Shown in pieces: positions 21,812 to 31,804 of a DNA stretch of 64,000 nucleotides. The stretch is from contig CANQWY010000001.1 in assembly GCA_947627675.1 (NCBI GenBank), forward strand, positions 5,334-69,333. Direction: 5' to 3'. This DNA comes from an uncultured Bacilli bacterium (GTDB lineage Bacteria; Bacillota_I; Bacilli_A; RF39; UBA660). The notes below the pieces were generated by a model. It was given only the letters and a program-made list of their open reading frames with translations, had not been told where the DNA came from and searched no databases. Positions within the stretch are counted from its first letter, which is position 1. Every line of letters starts with the position of its first letter. Position numbers and translations under genes: made by a program.

Positions 21812-21877
21812 TTTTAATTTACTATATTTTTACTGACATTTTCTTTTACATATGATAAACTTAAGTAGGTGATAATT

Positions 21878-22285
21878 ATGAAGAATAGAAGTGAACTAAG
21901 AGAAATAATAATGAAAGTCTTGTATCAGGTTTTTATATTGAAAAGTGCTAATTTAGACTATGATTTAGATGAAATTATTCATGAACAATTAGAAGTAGAA
22001 AATGACTTTGTAATAACAGTTACTAATGGAATAATTAATAAGTATTCAGATATTATAAAACTTGCTAATAAATATTTAATAGATTGGAGTATTGATAGAT
22101 TTAATTATGTTGATCAAGCTATTATTTGTATTGGAATATTTGAGCTTAAATATACTGATACTCCTAGTATTGTTGCAATTAATGAAGCAGTGGAACTTGC
22201 TAAAAAATATTCAGATGACTCTGTTGTTAAAATAGTTAATGCCCTTTTAGATAATATTTATCATAGTGAGGAAAATAATGGATAG
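21878..22285 (+). CDS. nusB: Transcription antitermination factor NusB
   Basis: About 135 aa, all helical and NusB-like, in the conserved position before xseA. The start is taken at the ATG with a GGTGA RBS. Confidence 0.65.
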   Translation: MKNRSELREIIMKVLYQVFILKSANLDYDLDEIIHEQLEVENDFVITVTNGIINKYSDIIKLANKYLIDWSIDRFNYVDQAIICIGIFELKYTDTPSIVAINEAVELAKKYSDDSVVKIVNALLDNIYHSEENNG

Positions 22286-23531
22286 TAGGTATATTAGTGT
22301 TAGTCAATTAACTAGATATATCAAATATAAAATTGATAATGATGTTAATTTACAGGAAGTTTATATTAAAGGTGAAATATCTAATTTCAAGGCTCATACA
22401 AGAGGACATTTTTATTTTACTTTGAAAGATTCAGAGGCTAGAATTAATGCAGTAATGTTTCAAAGTAGTGCAAGTAAAGTTAAGTTTATTCCACAAGATG
22501 GAATGAAAGTTTTGCTTACTGGTAAAATCAGTGTATATCCGGCTAATGGAGGTTATCAGATTTATGTCTCTGATATGCTGGAAGATGGAGTAGGTAATCT
22601 GTACATAGCATTTGAGCAATTAAAGAAAAAATTACAGGATGAAGGCCTTTTTAATGATAGTCATAAGAAGAAAATACCTAAAATTCCTTCTAAAATAGGA
22701 GTTGTTACTGCACCAACAGGAGCTGCTATTAGAGACATAACATCTACAATAAAAAGAAGATGGCCTCTAGCAGAAGTTATTTTATTTCCTGCTCTTGTTC
22801 AAGGAGAAAATTCTAAAGAAAGTGTAGTAGAACAAATAAAAAAAGCTGATACATATAATTTGGATGTTTTAATAGTTGGAAGGGGTGGAGGTAGTATCGA
22901 GGATTTATGGTGTTTTAATGAAGAAATAGTGGCTCGTGCAATTTATAATGCTGAAACCCCTATTATTAGTGCGGTAGGTCATGAGATTGATTTTACAATA
23001 GCAGATTTTGTGGCTGATATGAGAGCTCCAACACCAACAGGAGCTGCTGAAATGGCAGTTCCTAGTAAAAGTGATATAGATAATTTTATTAATCAGTTAA
23101 ATATTCGACTTAATAAATTTATGCAAAATAAAATAAAGATATATAAGCAAAAGCTTATGAATATAAATTCTAGACCAATATTAAAAACTCCTATTAATAT
23201 TTATGAAATAAAAGAACAACAGTTTTCAACTATTTTAGAAAAATTAAAGTATAATATTGTAAATTTATATAATAATAAAAATAATAAATATGAAAAAATA
23301 AAAGAAAGTATAATTTTTAAAAATCCAAGCAAACTTATAGATAAGGATAGAAATTCTTATTTAATGTTATTAGGAAAGCTAGAAACTCTTAACCCAGTTC
23401 TTACGCTTAAAAGAGGTTATGCTATTGCAAGAGTTAATGGCAAAATTATAAGTACAATTAAAGATGTAAAAACAAAAGAAAAGCTAGAAATAGAAGTTAG
23501 TGATGGAAAGATTTTAACGGAGGTAATATAG
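22278..23531 (+). CDS. xseA: Exodeoxyribonuclease VII large subunit
   Basis: OB-fold N-terminus (HTRGHFYFTLKD), a catalytic core with GRGGGS, and a long C-terminal coiled coil. The start is probably the ATG at about 22278. Confidence 0.9.
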   Translation: MDSRYISVSQLTRYIKYKIDNDVNLQEVYIKGEISNFKAHTRGHFYFTLKDSEARINAVMFQSSASKVKFIPQDGMKVLLTGKISVYPANGGYQIYVSDMLEDGVGNLYIAFEQLKKKLQDEGLFNDSHKKKIPKIPSKIGVVTAPTGAAIRDITSTIKRRWPLAEVILFPALVQGENSKESVVEQIKKADTYNLDVLIVGRGGGSIEDLWCFNEEIVARAIYNAETPIISAVGHEIDFTIADFVADMRAPTPTGAAEMAVPSKSDIDNFINQLNIRLNKFMQNKIKIYKQKLMNINSRPILKTPINIYEIKEQQFSTILEKLKYNIVNLYNNKNNKYEKIKESIIFKNPSKLIDKDRNSYLMLLGKLETLNPVLTLKRGYAIARVNGKIISTIKDVKTKEKLEIEVSDGKILTEVI

Positions 23532-23532
23532 T

Positions 23533-23757
23533 ATGGAAAAAAAATTTGAAGAAAACTTAAAAGAACTTGAAAATATCGTGAATGATTTAGAAAGTGGCGA
23601 AGTTCCTCTTGATGATGCAATAGAGAAATATACTAAAGCAATGGAGCTTTCTAAAATTTGTAGTGAAAAATTAAAGAATGCAGAAGAAACGATAAATAAA
23701 ATCGTAAAAGAAGATGGTAGCATTGAAAATTTCAATAATATATCTGAAGTTGAATAA
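23533..23757 (+). CDS. xseB: Exodeoxyribonuclease VII small subunit
   Basis: 74 aa, helical, FEENLKELENIVNDLESGEVPLDDAIEKY. It is immediately downstream of xseA. Confidence 0.85.
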   Translation: MEKKFEENLKELENIVNDLESGEVPLDDAIEKYTKAMELSKICSEKLKNAEETINKIVKEDGSIENFNNISEVE

Positions 23758-23774
23758 AGAAAAGGAGAATAAAA

Positions 23775-24998
23775 ATGCAATTTACTAAACTTACTGAAGA
23801 AGAATTTAGAAATTTTTATAATACAAGAGATGAAAGAACATTTCTACAGACTGTTGAAATTGCTAAGTTAAGAGAAAGAGCAGGCTGGGAAAGTCATTTT
23901 GTCGGTGTTAAAAAAAATAATAATATTATTGCAGCAGCAATGCTCGTTTCTAAAAAGCGTCATTTCGGTAAAAAAGAGTTTTATTCACCTAGAGGTTTTC
24001 TCCTAGACTATAATGATTTTTCCTTACTTAATTTTTTTACGAATGAATTAAAAAAATATGTAAAAAATAATAATGGTTATCAGTTTAGAATGGACCCATA
24101 TATTATAAATGTTCAAAGAGATAGTACAGGTGCCGAAGTAAAAGATGGTCTAAATAACTTAAAGATTAAAAAAAGTTTAGATAAATTAGGATACAAAAGA
24201 GTTCCCAATAAAGAAATGGAACAAGTTTTATGGATGTATGTATTAGATGTTTATAATAAAAGTGAGGAAGATATTTTAAAAAATATGAAACCAAATACTC
24301 GAAATACTATAAGAAAAACTTTAAAAAATGGAATAGAAATTAAAGAATTAAAAAAAGAGGATTTAAAGGAATTTTATAAAATAATGGTAGAAACAGGCAA
24401 AAGAAAAGGATTTTCAGTTAGAAATTTAAAGTATTATGAAGATATGTATGATTTATTTAATAAAAGAGGAGAGATTAAATATTTAATTACAAAGCTTGAT
24501 TTAAAAAAACATATAAATTTATTAGAAAAAGAGAAAAATAAATGTATAGAAGAAAAAAATAATTTAAATGAAGCAAAATACAATGACGGAAAGAAAAAAG
24601 CTCTAGATAAGCAAATTGAAGGTATAAATAAACGTATAAAGCAAGCAGAAGAAATTATTAAAAAAGATGGGAGTATTATTACATTATCTGGTTCTATGTT
24701 TATGTTGACTCAACCTGAAGTTGTCTATTTATCTAGTGGAAATTACGAAGAATATATGTCGTATAATTCTCAATATTTAATTCAATGGGAAATGATTAAA
24801 TATGCTATTAAAAATGGATTTAAACGATATAATTTTTATGGTATAACTGGCAATTTTGATAAAAATGATAAAGATTATGGAATATATGAATTTAAAACTG
24901 GTTTTAATGGTTATTGTGAAGAGTTAATAGGAGAATATGTTATGCCTACATCTATTTTTTACTATATTTTTAATATTATTCATAAACTAAAAAAGTAA
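23775..24998 (+). CDS. FemAB-family peptidoglycan interpeptide-bridge aminoacyltransferase
   Basis: 407 aa with Fem family architecture: two GNAT-like lobes around a coiled-coil insert, and the motifs SPRGFLLDY and YNFYGITG. Confidence 0.75.
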   Translation: MQFTKLTEEEFRNFYNTRDERTFLQTVEIAKLRERAGWESHFVGVKKNNNIIAAAMLVSKKRHFGKKEFYSPRGFLLDYNDFSLLNFFTNELKKYVKNNNGYQFRMDPYIINVQRDSTGAEVKDGLNNLKIKKSLDKLGYKRVPNKEMEQVLWMYVLDVYNKSEEDILKNMKPNTRNTIRKTLKNGIEIKELKKEDLKEFYKIMVETGKRKGFSVRNLKYYEDMYDLFNKRGEIKYLITKLDLKKHINLLEKEKNKCIEEKNNLNEAKYNDGKKKALDKQIEGINKRIKQAEEIIKKDGSIITLSGSMFMLTQPEVVYLSSGNYEEYMSYNSQYLIQWEMIKYAIKNGFKRYNFYGITGNFDKNDKDYGIYEFKTGFNGYCEELIGEYVMPTSIFYYIFNIIHKLKK

Positions 24999-25104
24999 TT
25001 TTTTAATTAAAAATTTTAAAAAGTATTTAATGTAAAAAATTACTAAGTTAAAAATTAAATAATAGCTCATAATATTAGTGTAGTTTGTTTAGGAGATGAT
25101 TTTA

Positions 25105-26088
25105 ATGAAAAAAAGATGCAAACTACTTGTATTATGGGCTTTTCTTCTTTTTATAGTACCTATAAATATTTTTGCATACTCTGATTACATAGTTCCTGGT
25201 GGTGAAAATGTTGGAATAGAAGTAAGATCAAAAGGTGTTTTAGTAGTAGGTTTTTATAAGGTTGATGATAGCTTTGTTGCTAGAGATAGTGGTTTTTTGG
25301 TTGGCGATTCTATTACTAAAATAAATAATAAAGAAATAAATTCTATTGATGAGATGGTTAATGTAATTAAAGAAAATAAAAGCAAGAATATTAAATTTAC
25401 TGTAGATAGAGATGGTATTGAGAAAGTTATTGAAATGAATATGAATTTTGATAATGATGGGATATACAAAACCGGTATGTATGTTAAAGACAGAATTGTA
25501 GGTTTAGGTACATTGACATATATAGATCCTAATACAAAAAAATTTGGTGCTTTAGGGCATGAAATAGATGAAAAAACAACAGCTGAAAAATTTGAAATTA
25601 AAGATGGGAAAATATTTAAATCTGATGTCACAGGAATAGAAAGAAGTGAAAATGGTAATGCAGGTGAAAAAAACGCCACATATGATTCAAATACAGTATA
25701 TGGGAAAATAATTGAAAATAAAACATCAGGAATATTTGGTGATTATATTGACGATATTCCAACAGAAGGAACTCTTAAAGTTGCAAGAAGTGATGAGGTT
25801 AGGACGGGAGAGGCGACTATTAGAACAGTTATAGAAGATAATAAGGTTGAAGAATTTAATATTAATATACTTAAATTAGATAATAACAGTGATACTAAAA
25901 ATATATTATTTGAAATAACTGATAAAAAGCTTCTTTCAAAAACAGGTGGTGTAGTTCAGGGAATGAGTGGATCTCCAATTATTCAAAATAATATGATTGT
26001 CGGAGCAGTTACCCATGTTATTGTAAATGATACAACTAGAGGATATGGTATTTTTATTACAACAATGCTTAAGGAAGGAGAAAATTAA
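25105..26088 (+). CDS. spoIVB: SpoIVB-like peptidase (S55) with PDZ domain
   Basis: Signal/TM N-terminus, a PDZ region, and a C-terminal GMSGSPIIQNNMIVGAVTHVIVND segment matching the SpoIVB catalytic Ser region. The start is moved to the ATG at 25105 (RBS AGGAG). Confidence 0.65.
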   Translation: MKKRCKLLVLWAFLLFIVPINIFAYSDYIVPGGENVGIEVRSKGVLVVGFYKVDDSFVARDSGFLVGDSITKINNKEINSIDEMVNVIKENKSKNIKFTVDRDGIEKVIEMNMNFDNDGIYKTGMYVKDRIVGLGTLTYIDPNTKKFGALGHEIDEKTTAEKFEIKDGKIFKSDVTGIERSENGNAGEKNATYDSNTVYGKIIENKTSGIFGDYIDDIPTEGTLKVARSDEVRTGEATIRTVIEDNKVEEFNINILKLDNNSDTKNILFEITDKKLLSKTGGVVQGMSGSPIIQNNMIVGAVTHVIVNDTTRGYGIFITTMLKEGEN

Positions 26089-26357
26089 TTTATATTTTGA
26101 GAAGAAAGAGTATAATCTTTTTCTTTTTTCTTAAAAATAATATATCTTGTGTGGATTTTTTATAAGGTTTTAAATGTTGTTATATCCTTATTTATAATTG
26201 TATATATCATATTTATATTTAGAAGATATTACATATTTTTTTCAAAAATAGTAAATTGGTAGTAAAAATTATAGAACCAATTTCTTATATATTGATATAC
26301 TATAAATTTTTTAGTATAAAATAATTTAAATCAACAATAATAATAATGGTGATATAT

Positions 26358-27071
26358 ATGGATATTAATGAGATTTTAACGCTAATTTTTAAATGTATTT
26401 TCTCAATAATCGTGTTATTTTTTGTTACAAAAATTATTGGTAAAAAACAAGTTTCTCAACTTAGTCTTTTTGATTATGTTATAGGCATTTCAATTGGTAA
26501 TTTTATTGCTGAAATGGTTTTAAATAGTGAAGTAAAATATAGTGATGGCATTCTTGCCATGTTTGTTTTTGGAGTGGTTTCCTACATTGTTTCTTATATA
26601 ACTATGAAAAGTATTAATATTAGGCGTTTAATTATAGGGGTACCTACAATAATAGTTGAAAATGGAAAAATAATTGAAGAGGCTCTTAGAAAAACAAATA
26701 TTGATATAAATGATTTCTTAGAGCAATGTAGAATTCAAGGATACTTCAATATAGATGACATAAGTTATGCTATAATGGAAGCTAGTGGTGATATTAGTAT
26801 TTTACCTAAAGGAAAAGCTACTCCCGTTACTAGAAGTGACATGAAAATTAAATCTAAAAAAGAAACATTAACTGCAAATTTAATAATTGATGGGAAGTTT
26901 TTATCTAAAAATATTAAAGACTGTAATTTAACTATTAATAAAGTAAAAGATGAAATTAGAAAGCAAGGATATGACAGTGAAAATGAAATATTATTAGGAA
27001 TATATTCAGATAATAAAATTATTTTATATAAGAAAGATGTTTCATCTAAAAATTATTCTTTACTAGAATAA
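26358..27071 (+). CDS. DUF421 (YetF/YdfS family) membrane protein
   Basis: N-terminal 3 TM segments, then a soluble C-terminal domain with the FLxQxRIQGYFNIDDISYAIMEASGDISILPK pattern typical of DUF421/DUF1657 proteins. Confidence 0.65.
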   Translation: MDINEILTLIFKCIFSIIVLFFVTKIIGKKQVSQLSLFDYVIGISIGNFIAEMVLNSEVKYSDGILAMFVFGVVSYIVSYITMKSINIRRLIIGVPTIIVENGKIIEEALRKTNIDINDFLEQCRIQGYFNIDDISYAIMEASGDISILPKGKATPVTRSDMKIKSKKETLTANLIIDGKFLSKNIKDCNLTINKVKDEIRKQGYDSENEILLGIYSDNKIILYKKDVSSKNYSLLE

Positions 27072-27109
27072 TTTTTTCATTATATAATTAAGTTATAGGA
27101 GTTTTATAA

Positions 27110-27733
27110 ATGAAAACAAAGAATCTTAAAGTTGAAAAAAATATGTTAGGTTTAGCCTGTCTTACCTTAATACTAGTAACAAATAGTTTTGAAAATAATT
27201 TAAAAGACAATTGTTTAATCATGTATGATCATCTTCATAAATATACAGATGATAATGGTTTTAACATCTATAAACAAAGTGAAGAAGAAACTATTGAAGG
27301 ATTTCATAAGACTAATAGTATTATCAAAAAAAGTGAGGAAGCTATTTTAATAGACGAATTAAATTTATTAAAAATCACTGATAATATTAGTACTTTAACA
27401 AATATAATGGAAAAAAATAAAGACTTTATTCAATATGAATATAAGTATAAAAGATACTTTGAGGTTAGAAATAATAAGTATATTATTATTGATGATTACT
27501 CTTTTTCAAATGATATTAATCATGAAAATCTAACTGGTAGAATTAGAAATGTAAAATACAAATATAAAGCTTATAAAATAGTAGATAACAATGGTGAAAA
27601 AGAACTTGTTGAAAGTCCTTTAGTAGATAATATTATTGATATAAAAGATAGTTATCCTTATTTTAAAATATGTACTTATAAAGTAAAAACTTACTCTGAT
27701 CCATATATTTTAGGTTATCAGAAAACAAAATAA
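27110..27733 (+). CDS. Hypothetical secreted/lipoprotein-like protein
   Basis: N-terminal hydrophobic segment with a Cys (LGLACLTLILVTNS). I recognise no domain. Confidence 0.4.
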   Translation: MKTKNLKVEKNMLGLACLTLILVTNSFENNLKDNCLIMYDHLHKYTDDNGFNIYKQSEEETIEGFHKTNSIIKKSEEAILIDELNLLKITDNISTLTNIMEKNKDFIQYEYKYKRYFEVRNNKYIIIDDYSFSNDINHENLTGRIRNVKYKYKAYKIVDNNGEKELVESPLVDNIIDIKDSYPYFKICTYKVKTYSDPYILGYQKTK

Positions 27734-27763
27734 AAAAATTAGATTTTGATTCTAATTTTTATT

Positions 27764-27856
27764 TTAAATAAAATAAATTGCTATCATTCCAAAAAAACCT
27801 ATAAACATAATAAGTAATAATATCAATGATATTATTTTAACTATCTTTTTATTCAT
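27764..27856 (-). CDS. Small hydrophobic peptide (30 aa), not in the ORF track
   Basis: The minus strand reads ATG AAT AAA AAG ... TAA = MNKKIVKIISLILLLIMFIGFFGMIAIYFI, with a GAGGTG RBS 7 nt upstream. It has a single predicted TM helix. Confidence 0.35.
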   Translation of the reverse strand: MNKKIVKIISLILLLIMFIGFFGMIAIYFI

Positions 27857-27957
27857 TGTTACACCTCATAACAATTATAAAATAATTGTTAAAAAAAGTA
27901 AAAGAAAATATTTAATAAATAATAAAATAATTTCATAATATTTGATAGGTGATAATA

Positions 27958-28584
27958 ATGAATACAACAAAATATAAAGTAGAATATAGTAAAAATAAAA
28001 GAAGAAAATTATTTAAATTACTTGTTTATATTACTTTAATTAGTGTTATTATAGGTATATTTTATGTTGCAGTAATATCAAAGAACGAAAGAGACCTAAT
28101 AAAAATAAGTTTTGATAATTTCTTTAAAAACATTAATAATAACAAAATTGATTCTTTAAATATGTTAATAAACAATATTTTATCTAATATTGTTGTTACA
28201 GTTTTAGTTTGGATACTTGGCATTTCTATTATAGGAATTCCAATTAGTATTATTTATCTTATCATTAAAAGTTTTGTCCTTGGTTTTACAATTAGTAGTT
28301 TATTATATACATATTCAATCAAAGGTATTATTATTATGCTTATTTACAGTATACCTTTTCTTATTAATTTATTTATTATATTTATTTTAACTTTTTATGC
28401 TATAAATTTCTCTAAAATGCTTTATTTAAATTTATTTAAAAAAGAAGAATTTAATTTAAGAAAAATGGCTATTACATATTCAAAACTTTTATGTATAATG
28501 ATAGTTATTTTATTAATTAGTTCAATATTTTCTAGTTATTTAATGCCTATTTTATTAAAGTCTTTTACAAACTTAGTCATTTAG
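27958..28584 (+). CDS. spoIIM: Stage II sporulation protein M-like (SpoIIM/DUF95) membrane protein
   Basis: About 210 aa with 5 TM segments and a charged cytoplasmic N-terminus, SpoIIM-like in length and topology. The family call is tentative. Confidence 0.4.
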   Translation: MNTTKYKVEYSKNKRRKLFKLLVYITLISVIIGIFYVAVISKNERDLIKISFDNFFKNINNNKIDSLNMLINNILSNIVVTVLVWILGISIIGIPISIIYLIIKSFVLGFTISSLLYTYSIKGIIIMLIYSIPFLINLFIIFILTFYAINFSKMLYLNLFKKEEFNLRKMAITYSKLLCIMIVILLISSIFSSYLMPILLKSFTNLVI

Positions 28585-28614
28585 AGTATAATTTAACTAG
28601 TAGAGGTGGTTGTT

Positions 28615-29733
28615 ATGAACAATAAAACTGTTGTTATTGGAATGAGTGGGGGAGTAGACTCATCAGTTGCAGCAATTTTATTAAAAAATAGTGGTTATAA
28701 TGTAATAGGTCTTTTTATGCGAAATTGGGATAGTTCTATAAATAATGATTTTTTAGGTAATCCTAACATCAATAATAAAGATATATGTCCCCAAGAAAAA
28801 GATTATAATGATGCATTATCAGTATGTAAAAAAATAGGTATTCCCTTATATAGAACTGACTTTGTAAAAGAATATTGGGATTATGTTTTTAAATATTTTT
28901 TAGATGAATTAAAAAAAGGAAGAACACCAAACCCTGATATTATGTGCAATAAATATATTAAATTTGATCTTTTTATAAAAGAAGCGGAGAAATTAGGAGC
29001 TGATTATATTGCAACAGGACATTATGCTAAAATGGAAGATGGTTATTTAAAAAAAAGTATGGATACTAATAAAGATCAAACATATTTTCTGTCACAAGTA
29101 CCAGCTGATAAGCTTAAGAATGTTTTGTTTCCTTTAGGCAATATTTTAAAATCTGAAGTTAGGAAAATTGCTAGTGAATATAACTTAATAACTGCAACAA
29201 AAAAGGATTCGACAGGTATTTGCTTTATTGGGGAAAGAAATTTTAAACAATTTTTAAAAAATTATTTGCCTAATTTATCTGGAGATATTATTAATATTGA
29301 AACTAATGAGAAGTTAGGAACTCATATTGGTCTTATGTATTATACAATAGGTCAAAGAAAAGGTCTTGAAATTGGTGGTTTTAAGGATAAACTTTTTGTT
29401 GTAGGGAAAAGTTTGAAAGAAAATGTATTGTATGTTTGTGAAGGCGAAAATAACCCATATTTATATTCTGATAGTTGCATTGTTGAAGACATCAATTTTA
29501 ATTGCGAACTAAGGCCTAATAAATGTAATGCCAAGTTTAGATATCGTCAAGATGATAATGAGGTAACAGTTGAATATTTAGAAAATGGTAATTTATTAAT
29601 TAAATATAACAATCCAATTAAAAGTGTTACTCCTGGACAAGCTTGTGTTTTATATGTATCTGATATCTGTATTGGTGGAGGTGTTATTAAAGAAGTAAGA
29701 CGTGACGATAAAAAATTATGGTATGTTTTATAG
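28615..29733 (+). CDS. mnmA: tRNA-specific 2-thiouridylase MnmA
   Basis: PP-loop VVIGMSGGVDSSVAA, catalytic Cys residues, and a MnmA-like C-terminal barrel. The start is at the ATG after the GAGGTGG RBS. Confidence 0.9.
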   Translation: MNNKTVVIGMSGGVDSSVAAILLKNSGYNVIGLFMRNWDSSINNDFLGNPNINNKDICPQEKDYNDALSVCKKIGIPLYRTDFVKEYWDYVFKYFLDELKKGRTPNPDIMCNKYIKFDLFIKEAEKLGADYIATGHYAKMEDGYLKKSMDTNKDQTYFLSQVPADKLKNVLFPLGNILKSEVRKIASEYNLITATKKDSTGICFIGERNFKQFLKNYLPNLSGDIINIETNEKLGTHIGLMYYTIGQRKGLEIGGFKDKLFVVGKSLKENVLYVCEGENNPYLYSDSCIVEDINFNCELRPNKCNAKFRYRQDDNEVTVEYLENGNLLIKYNNPIKSVTPGQACVLYVSDICIGGGVIKEVRRDDKKLWYVL

Positions 29734-29833
29734 ATTGTTGATAATACTTTATTTTATTATATTGAAAAATCTGTCAATTTACACTTGACTATTCATGTAA
29801 AACTGCTAAAATTAACTATAGGAGGGTATTTAC

Positions 29834-30604
29834 ATGAAGGAATTAAACAGATTATTAAATGAAATTGGAATATCTAAGGTTAGACTTTCTAAGTATTTAG
29901 GTGTCTCTAGACAAATGCTTTATAATTATTTAGCACTCAATTCTTTAGAAGAATGGCCTAAGGAAAAAAAATTAAAAGTTCTTGATTTGCTCGAAGTTTC
30001 TTCTGAGGATGAATTTAAAAATATAATTGTAGATAGTAATTATATTACTTCAATTGAAAAGAAAATTAGTGAAGGAGTAAAAGTATCTACTAATAGGGGA
30101 GAAATACTTTCTGATTTAAAAGGTTTCAATCGTAAAGAACAAGAAATACTTTCTGATATTATTAACCTTTTAAAAGAAAAATTATCAAGTGATAAAACTA
30201 AAAAAACATATAATGCTTATGTATACTTATATCATTATATACAGTCTATGGATACGACAGATGAACTTAAGTATATTTTAGCATATATGTCTAAATCATT
30301 AGGTTTTACTGATCCTCTAGAATTTGTTTTTAATCAAGATAAACAATTTATTTTTGAAAGTATTATGTTTAGTGCTATGAATTTATATAATAACGGGGGA
30401 GCTTCTCGTAATAAGATTAGTGAATCTCATAAAAGGTTTGTTGAAGATATTAATCATAAGAAAGAAGAAAAATTAAGTAGAACTCAAGAATTAAATACTG
30501 CTAAAATCCAAGCTTTAAAAGAACTTGGATATACAGAGATTAATGAAAAAAATGCCAAAGAAGTTTTAGAGAAAATAGCAGAAATACAATCTAGAAAGGT
30601 ATAG
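29834..30604 (+). CDS. Hypothetical protein with an N-terminal helix-turn-helix
   Basis: ISKVRLSKYLGVSRQMLYNY is an HTH-like segment. The rest is helical with no recognised domain. Confidence 0.45.
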   Translation: MKELNRLLNEIGISKVRLSKYLGVSRQMLYNYLALNSLEEWPKEKKLKVLDLLEVSSEDEFKNIIVDSNYITSIEKKISEGVKVSTNRGEILSDLKGFNRKEQEILSDIINLLKEKLSSDKTKKTYNAYVYLYHYIQSMDTTDELKYILAYMSKSLGFTDPLEFVFNQDKQFIFESIMFSAMNLYNNGGASRNKISESHKRFVEDINHKKEEKLSRTQELNTAKIQALKELGYTEINEKNAKEVLEKIAEIQSRKV

Positions 30605-30608
30605 AAAT

Positions 30609-31139
30609 ATGAGGGCAGATAAAAAAATTATTGTAATTAATGGTACTGGTGGAAGTGGTAAAGATTCTTTTGTTGAATTAACGTCGAAATATGCCAAAAT
30701 TTATAATTTTTCATCAGTAGATAAAGTAAAGGAAATAGCTAGAATGATAGGGTGGCATGGTGAAAAAGATGATAAATCTAGGAAATTTTTGAGTGATTTG
30801 AAGAAAATAACTACCGAATATAATGATCTGTCATATGAAAGCATTAAAGATGCTATTAATTATTTTGAAAAATCTGATTTCGAAATAATGTTTATCCATA
30901 TTCGTGAACCTAATGAAATTGCAAGAGTTGTGTCTGCATTTGGTGCAAAAACTTTGTTGATAAAAAGACAAAATTATAGTTTGATAACGTCTAATTATTC
31001 TGATGCTAACGTAGAAAATTATTCTTATGACTATGTAATTGAAAATACAACATTAGAAGAATTAGATCATCAGGCATGTGACTTTATTAATGAATTAAGT
31101 AATTCAGATAAGAAAATGATAACCAAAGTGAAGAGATAG
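30609..31139 (+). CDS. Small P-loop NTPase/kinase-like protein
   Basis: Walker A IVINGTGGSGKDS. 176 aa. Translationally close to the upstream HTH gene. Confidence 0.45.
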   Translation: MRADKKIIVINGTGGSGKDSFVELTSKYAKIYNFSSVDKVKEIARMIGWHGEKDDKSRKFLSDLKKITTEYNDLSYESIKDAINYFEKSDFEIMFIHIREPNEIARVVSAFGAKTLLIKRQNYSLITSNYSDANVENYSYDYVIENTTLEELDHQACDFINELSNSDKKMITKVKR

Positions 31140-31474
31140 TTTTAGCTATCTATTCCAAAAATAAGAAGTTAACATAATATTAATTATAGGAAATTATTTA
31201 AAATAAACAAAACGTATAATAACATGAATACATGCGTACATATCTTTTCAAATTTAAATATTAGAAAGTGTTATTATTCTAACTTAATTCTATCTTACAT
31301 AGATTAGATTATTTATTATTTCTATAATTATAACATTATAATAAGGATTTTATTATCACTTAGTTAATAATAAATAAATAAATCTTGATATATAATATAC
31401 ATTTATTTTTATTTATTATGGTTATATGTATAAAATTATAAAAAGTTTCTCATAATAGTATTGGGAGGAAAATA

Positions 31475-31687
31475 ATGAAAAAAGATAAAAATAAAGAAAT
31501 TAATAATTCTATAAAATGCAATGTAGAAAGTTGCAAATATAATGATTGTGAAGAGGGGAATTGTACATTAGAAGAAATTGAAGTGGATTGTACATGTAAT
31601 AATGAAGATTGTAAAGAAACAAAAGAAACAATATGTAAATCATTTGATTGTGATGATAAATATTCTTCTGATGCTGATGGTGAATAA
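31475..31687 (+). CDS. DUF1540-like small Cys-rich protein
   Basis: 70 aa. CNVESCKYNDCEEGNCTLEEIEV matches the C-x-V-x2-C-x-YN...C...IEV pattern of DUF1540. Strong RBS GGGAGG. Confidence 0.5.
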   Translation: MKKDKNKEINNSIKCNVESCKYNDCEEGNCTLEEIEVDCTCNNEDCKETKETICKSFDCDDKYSSDADGE

Positions 31688-31724
31688 TAAATTTATAAGC
31701 AATTTCTGGTAAATAGCAAAATTT

Positions 31725-31768
31725 AAGGATTGTAATCTGTAAATTTACAGAGAACAGTCCTTTTAATT
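31725..31768. terminator. Long imperfect hairpin with a T tract between convergent genes (DUF1540 gene and deoB)
   Basis: AAGGATTGTAATCTGTAAA / TTTACAGAGAACAGTCCTT followed by TTTTAATTT. Confidence 0.55.
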
Positions 31769-31784
31769 TATAAAATTAACACTT

Positions 31785-31804
31785 CTCTACTCTACTCTAC
31801 TCTA
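31785..31804. repeat. (CTCTA)4 pentanucleotide tandem repeat overlapping the deoB stop codon
   Basis: ctctactctactctactcta is read directly. Confidence 0.8.

Noticed and set aside
22266-22285. Apparent nusB/xseA overlap and a possible nusB-xseA fusion
   Set aside because: The track shows two ORFs in different frames with a 20-nt overlap. The xseA start was moved to the internal ATG after the GAGGAAAATA RBS, leaving a small overlap typical of coupled genes. My manual base counting in this stretch was off by one, so I defer to the track coordinates.
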